A DNA stretch of 10,447 bases from a virus, in IMG/VR virus record IMGVR_UViG_3300032516_006146, positions 1 to 10,447 of that record; one strand, 5' to 3'. Positions 6,782-10,447 of this stretch are shown here, in pieces (positions within the stretch are counted from its first letter, which is position 1; every line of letters begins with the position of its first letter). The position numbers were made by a program, and so were the translations under genes. The notes below the pieces were generated by a model. The model was not told where the DNA came from. It did no database searches and saw nothing but the letters and a program-made list of their open reading frames with translations.

Positions 6782-7063
6782 TTATTTGAATGATGGTGGT
6801 TCAGGAATCATTTTACCATCAAGATCTATGATTTTAGGTATTGGCAATTCTGACATTTTAATATCAGGATTGAACTGAGTACTGAAATTAAATACCGTAG
6901 TGCCTGGTTTTGGTAATCCATATTTGAAACCAGGGAGACTATAACTATCGTTTGCTAAAACCACACTATGATCACGACCTTCTGATGGTGGAACTGCTTT
7001 GAAATAAAGAAATCCCCATTCATGAATTTTGGTTTCATCGATGTCAATAACTATTCTGAACAT
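6782..7063 (-). CDS. Hypothetical protein, 93 aa
   Basis: ORF with an AAAGGAAT Shine-Dalgarno-like sequence upstream. Its stop codon is directly adjacent to the tRNA 5' end. No family recognised. Confidence 0.4.
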   Translation of the reverse strand: MFRIVIDIDETKIHEWGFLYFKAVPPSEGRDHSVVLANDSYSLPGFKYGLPKPGTTVFNFSTQFNPDIKMSELPIPKIIDLDGKMIPEPPSFK

Positions 7064-7147
7064 ATTATTCCTTTCTTTATGTTAAAGAAGTAGTAGTAAG
7101 TAACGCTACAATCAAATGTTAACAACAATCAAGAACAATCAACAAGG

Positions 7148-7257
7148 GGCTTTGTCTGTGAGCATCATTGACAACAAGTGAGTTTGTGCTCATATAAGAC
7201 AGCCACGATTTGTATCAGACTGGGTTTCGGCGGATACGTGAAACCACGATATACGCC
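7148..7257 (-). other. Structured intergenic element: two long imperfect hairpins (candidate small RNA, processing site or terminator pair)
   Basis: Hairpin A spans 7148..7204: ggct-ttgtctgtgagca ... tgctca-tataagac-agcc, with about 14 pairing positions and a 22-nt loop. Hairpin B spans 7229..7257: ggcggatacgtg-aaac-cacgatatacgcc, about 11 bp including the perfect cgtg/cacg core. Downstream on the minus strand come a TTGATTGTT x2 direct repeat and a TACTTACTACTACTTC tract, ahead of the next Shine-Dalgarno site. Confidence 0.4.
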
Positions 7258-7276
7258 TAGTTACTTACCAACTACC

Positions 7277-7570
7277 TCAAACAATTTCTGATGCAAGTTT
7301 TTCGTACTCGATGTTGATTTCAACCATCGTTTTTGAATTACTTGTTTTGATAGTCTTATCTATCCGGAAAAGAGCATTGTTGATATCAACTATTTTCTTA
7401 TCAACAACCTTGATGTCATAGGTAGGTTCGTCAACCCTTGTCTGTTCGGACCGATCGAAGTACCTTGAACGAGATGTGCCGCTATTTTTCAACTCATTGA
7501 GTTGATCACGCCGGGTTTTCAATGCTTTCTGCATTGCTAACAGTTCATTTACTGAAACTGATTCTGACAT
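7277..7570 (-). CDS. Hypothetical protein, 97 aa, probably helical/coiled-coil. It occupies the position where gp62 would be expected, immediately after gp44.
   Basis: Strong GGAGGA Shine-Dalgarno site 5 nt upstream. Starts 10 nt after the gp44 stop. No recognisable similarity to gp62. Confidence 0.45.
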   Translation of the reverse strand: MSESVSVNELLAMQKALKTRRDQLNELKNSGTSRSRYFDRSEQTRVDEPTYDIKVVDKKIVDINNALFRIDKTIKTSNSKTMVEINIEYEKLASEIV

Positions 7571-7579
7571 TATATCCTC

Positions 7580-8518
7580 CTATTTGATGTTTGATAATTC
7601 GATTAATAATGAAGTAAAATTGATTTCTTTGTCAATAGCAAATGCATGCCAGTTCATATACTGAGCAAGTAATATGTATGCCTGACCTTTTTTGCTTGGA
7701 GTATCGAGCATTGGTATATAATTATCAAACAATGCTCTATAAAGATCAGCAAAATCATATTCGTGTTCAATAATAAATTTTCTTGCCTGTGTGATGTGAT
7801 TTTCGTAGATCAACTTATATAATTCATTATCTATTGACTTGAAAGCAAAAATATCAGAGTTAATTACGTTATTGTTGATGCTACTATATTGCTCAAGAAG
7901 GACAATCATCGATCTGATGTCAGGATAATGGACATCAACAATTTTTTCCACTATAACTTGATCATATTGAACATTTTCCCTCTTAAGTATACCACCAAGC
8001 CTTTTTGCTATTTTTGGTTTCATTTCGGCTTTGCTTTTGGCATCAGTCCAACTGAAATGAAACTTTTCACACCTTGATTGTATTGGTTCTATGATTTGAC
8101 TTATGTTATTGCATGTAAAAAAGAATCGACAAAATTCAGAATATTCTTCAATTGCTGCTCTCATAGCTTTTTGAAGTGCCGGTGATGCACCATCAAATTC
8201 GTCCATGATAACAATTTTTATACCATTTTCATTAGTAACAGACATGGTAGTAGCAAATTTGTCTATTCTTGTTCTTAATGTATCTATGCCATTATCCATA
8301 GATATATTGATATATTCTGTCTCTGCTTTTAATTCCTTACAGAATGCTTTAACTACTGATGTTTTGCCTGAACCAGGTTGATGAGAATATATAAGCAGAT
8401 TTGGTATATTATTCTCTTTTACTTTCTTTGTAAAATATGCCTTAATATGAGAAGGCAATATCATACTGGATATGTCCGGTGGTCTAAACTTTTCAGGCCA
8501 TACTAAAGAATTTGCCAT
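7580..8518 (-). CDS. Clamp-loader large subunit (T4 gp44-like AAA+ ATPase, RFC family)
   Basis: EKFRP near the N-terminus (T4: EQKYRP). Walker A HQPGSGKTS (T4: SPSPGTGKT). Walker B IVIMDEFD (T4: VIVIDEFD). SRC sensor motif (IQSRCEKF). The 312-aa length compares with 319 aa in T4. Confidence 0.85.
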   Translation of the reverse strand: MANSLVWPEKFRPPDISSMILPSHIKAYFTKKVKENNIPNLLIYSHQPGSGKTSVVKAFCKELKAETEYINISMDNGIDTLRTRIDKFATTMSVTNENGIKIVIMDEFDGASPALQKAMRAAIEEYSEFCRFFFTCNNISQIIEPIQSRCEKFHFSWTDAKSKAEMKPKIAKRLGGILKRENVQYDQVIVEKIVDVHYPDIRSMIVLLEQYSSINNNVINSDIFAFKSIDNELYKLIYENHITQARKFIIEHEYDFADLYRALFDNYIPMLDTPSKKGQAYILLAQYMNWHAFAIDKEINFTSLLIELSNIK

Positions 8519-8520
8519 AA

Positions 8521-9204
8521 TTATTCCTCAATTCCGGTAGCAGTAATAATATGTTCTTTATCGTTTTGGTGGTTTGCTTCATTTTCGGCAAGTTCTGCTG
8601 CCAACGCTTGATCAGCTTGTGCGTCACGTTGGGTATTTTCTTCTGGACTACCAACAATAGCTATACTATTGTCCTGAGTATCTCCAGTGGCTTCCTCTGC
8701 AGCAGAAGATATATTTTTGGCATCTTCTTGAGCAAAAAATTGATCTGCTGATTGGGCAAAATTTTCAAGTTTGGTAGCAGCATCGTCCTTAAGTTTATTA
8801 ATTAAATTAGGATCTTGGCGTTTGACCTCAGCAAGTTTTTTATGCATATAACTACGCATTTTCCTGCGTCTTTCATGATTTATTTTTAAACTTGATTGTG
8901 CTATAACATTATCATGAGCATGTTGCTGTGGTGATCTTTTTCTATATAAACAATGACATGGTACAGGAGCACCGGTAGCAAGATCCTTACCAATATATCC
9001 CCTACCATAACATTTATTACATCCCTTACTTGGATCACTAATTTCCATATTGTGTTTTTTTGCCAAAGCCTTAATAATATCCATGGGAGTTACGTCTTCC
9101 GGTTTTACTACCTCGCCCTTATGTACGTCAACAAGGACTTCTTTAGATTCCGGTAGATCGTATACTTCCTCAAATATCTTCTTCTTTGGTTGTTCTTCAG
9201 TCAT
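8521..9204 (-). CDS. Hypothetical protein with a Zn-ribbon-like motif (CNKCYGRG...PCHC), a basic central helical region and an acidic C-terminal tail
   Basis: Tightly coupled to gp44 (TAA-TT-ATG). AAGGA Shine-Dalgarno site. Sits between the gp45 and gp44 homologs, which are adjacent in T4 itself. No family recognised. Confidence 0.45.
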   Translation of the reverse strand: MTEEQPKKKIFEEVYDLPESKEVLVDVHKGEVVKPEDVTPMDIIKALAKKHNMEISDPSKGCNKCYGRGYIGKDLATGAPVPCHCLYRKRSPQQHAHDNVIAQSSLKINHERRRKMRSYMHKKLAEVKRQDPNLINKLKDDAATKLENFAQSADQFFAQEDAKNISSAAEEATGDTQDNSIAIVGSPEENTQRDAQADQALAAELAENEANHQNDKEHIITATGIEE

Positions 9205-9212
9205 TTTTATCC

Positions 9213-9692
9213 TTAATTTCTGTTATCGATTTCTGTTTCTTTTTCTTCCAATTCAATAGCAGTATTTCTTAATATCATTTCTAACTGATCTGATATATTA
9301 AATCTTTTCTTGTTAATGGTTATACTTTTTGTAATGTTTCCATCATTATGTCGTTTTGTGGCTGCAAGCCAATCACACATCATTTCAACAATATCAAATA
9401 AATCCATACAACTTATTTGGTTTTCTGTCGGTACATTAAAAAATTCTGGATGATGTCGGTTATGATCATAATGATGAACTAATGCTGGTTTCATATCGGT
9501 AAGGAATTGTTGATATTCAGGACTGCCGTAAGTACATCCTTTTAATAAAGGAGTAAATTTTTCAAATACAGAAGCTTCAGGCTCTTTAAGTTTAGATGCA
9601 TCATGTTCATGTGCTCTATGAAGTAATTCAGTTGAAAAAATTTGCAAGTATTTTGCTACTCGCATTATGTGTTTTCTTGTTTCAGCTTCCAT
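9213..9692 (-). CDS. Putative HD-domain metal-dependent phosphohydrolase, 159 aa
   Basis: H...HD motif: KHIMRVAKYLQIFSTELLHRAHEHDASKLKEPE, giving the His...His-Asp...Glu pattern of YfbR-like HD hydrolases. Additional His cluster HHYDHNRHHPE and a downstream Asp/Glu-containing segment (DLFDIVEMMCD). Confidence 0.45.
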   Translation of the reverse strand: MEAETRKHIMRVAKYLQIFSTELLHRAHEHDASKLKEPEASVFEKFTPLLKGCTYGSPEYQQFLTDMKPALVHHYDHNRHHPEFFNVPTENQISCMDLFDIVEMMCDWLAATKRHNDGNITKSITINKKRFNISDQLEMILRNTAIELEEKETEIDNRN

Positions 9693-9714
9693 ATTATTCC
9701 AATTAAAAAATTAA

Positions 9715-9802
9715 GGTGTTGGCCGGTGGGGTTTCAAGCCGCGGCCGCGGATCCCATCCTCCGTACACACTGCTATGCAGCGTTTCTTTTCTTACCAACA
9801 CC
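9715..9802 (-). other. GC-rich 88-bp palindromic structured element bounded by 8-bp inverted repeats, between gp45 and the HD protein, followed by a U-tract on the transcribed strand
   Basis: ggtgttgg (9715..9722) and ccaacacc (9795..9802) are exact reverse complements. Inside lie the 12-bp perfect palindrome ccgcggccgcgg (SacII/NotI overlapping), an adjacent ggatcc (BamHI) site and the hairpin ctgc-tat-gcag. On the minus strand the element is followed by TTAATTTTTTAATT. Local GC is far above the surrounding DNA. Confidence 0.4.
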
Positions 9803-9878
9803 AGACTTATCATGTTATTGATCTACACCGATCTCCGACCAAGTGCGGTTGTGTGTCACGCTATATAACACGAATAAG

Positions 9879-10447
9879 TTATTCTGCTTTTTCAGTTTTC
9901 CTGATTCTTCCGCTTACGGCAAAAAATTTCATATCATCCTTTTGCCATTCAAGGAAGATAAAACCGGAATTTACCAAACTGATACGATAATCAGAAACAT
10001 CAGGCATCCTGCTTATGACTTCGGACCGGATAATAAAATCAAAGGTGTCTGTGTTTTCGGCAATTTTTTCCGGTGTGTATGTTTTCTTAAAACTATTATC
10101 ATGTGCCGAATTGAAGAGCTTTAGAGCGATCTGATTTGATGTTTTGTTGAATTTGATTTCTATGTATTCGGCTTTTACCAGATTGCTCATTTTTGATATT
10201 TCGGTAAGATCCTTCACACTAAGAATAAATGTAACATTCGGATCTTTACGGGCAATACTTGTTGGTATTTTTGGCATTGCGGCAGGATTGGTAAGAACGT
10301 AATTGATTTCGCTGTTTTGATTAGATATCACCATACTGTTTTCTGCTTGTGTAAGTGATATTGATTCAAAAGCATTTATAAACTGATGAAATTCGGAGAA
10401 ATCACGAAAATTAATATCTGTTCCTTCAAAATCAAAGAATGTTGCCG
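9879..10447 (-). CDS. Sliding clamp (T4 gp45-like), N-terminus beyond the window end
   Basis: The C-terminal region TDTFDFIIRSEVISRMPDVSDYRISLVNSGFIFLEWQKDDMKFFAVSG aligns with T4 gp45 ENTFNFIINMANMKMQPGNYKLLLWAKGKQGAAKFEGEHANYVVA (from memory). The minus-strand frame upstream of the Met at 10334 stays open to the window edge (...FDFEGTDINFRDFSEFHQFINAFESISLTQAENSMVIS...). The real start is therefore off-window. Confidence 0.7.
   Translation of the reverse strand, partial: ATFFDFEGTDINFRDFSEFHQFINAFESISLTQAENSMVISNQNSEINYVLTNPAAMPKIPTSIARKDPNVTFILSVKDLTEISKMSNLVKAEYIEIKFNKTSNQIALKLFNSAHDNSFKKTYTPEKIAENTDTFDFIIRSEVISRMPDVSDYRISLVNSGFIFLEWQKDDMKFFAVSGRIRKTEKAE

Noticed and set aside
7277-7570. 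Calling the 97-aa ORF gp62 purely from its position after gp44
   Set aside because: No sequence resemblance to gp62, whereas the 140-aa ORF at 1474..1896 does carry gp62-like motifs. Position alone is insufficient.
9715-9802. The 88-bp inverted-repeat-bounded GC-rich element as a second tRNA, because it has an acceptor-like 8-bp terminal stem and tRNA-like length
   Set aside because: No T-loop (GTTCRANYC) or D-loop GG signature, and it cannot be threaded into a cloverleaf on either strand. Kept only as an unexplained structured element.
1-10447. CRISPR arrays, integrase, transposase or att-site signatures
   Set aside because: No spacer-repeat periodicity and no recombinase-like ORF anywhere in the window. 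Mobility here appears to be of the homing-endonuclease or illegitimate-recombination type.

Overview
This window looks like the DNA-replication region of a T4-like myophage, AT-rich and compositionally patchy, with every gene on the minus strand. Genes are tightly packed, with ATGA and TAA-N-ATG stop/start junctions and AGGAG-type Shine-Dalgarno sites. Core T4 replication genes can be recognised by motif: a sliding clamp gp45 homolog (9879..>10447, N-terminus off-window), a clamp-loader large subunit gp44 homolog (7580..8518), a candidate clamp-loader small subunit gp62 homolog (1474..1896) and a dNMP kinase gp1 homolog (399..1076). The conserved 45-44-62 block is broken twice. Two genes sit between 45 and 44: an HD-motif protein and a protein with a Zn-ribbon-like motif and an acidic tail. 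A ~5.7 kb accessory island sits between 44 and 62. That island carries a tRNA with a CAU anticodon and an 815-aa protein with the full architecture of a eukaryote-type major vault protein (MVP repeats, shoulder, cap-helix). The MVP gene has its own Shine-Dalgarno site and intrinsic terminator and a GC content well above its flanks. The island also holds a GT-A-like glycosyltransferase and an extremely AT-rich free-standing homing-endonuclease-like gene built from three tandem zinc-ribbon repeats, including a 57-bp perfect internal DNA duplication, plus a PD-(D/E)XK/DUF559-like domain. Several small ORFs fill the rest, one of them a 50-aa basic ORF missed by the ORF track. Three ~200-bp intergenic regions are densely structured; one is a GC-rich 88-bp palindromic element containing overlapping SacII/NotI/BamHI sites. 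I could run no searches: every homology call rests on motif-level recall of family signatures and should be confirmed with HMM or structure searches.
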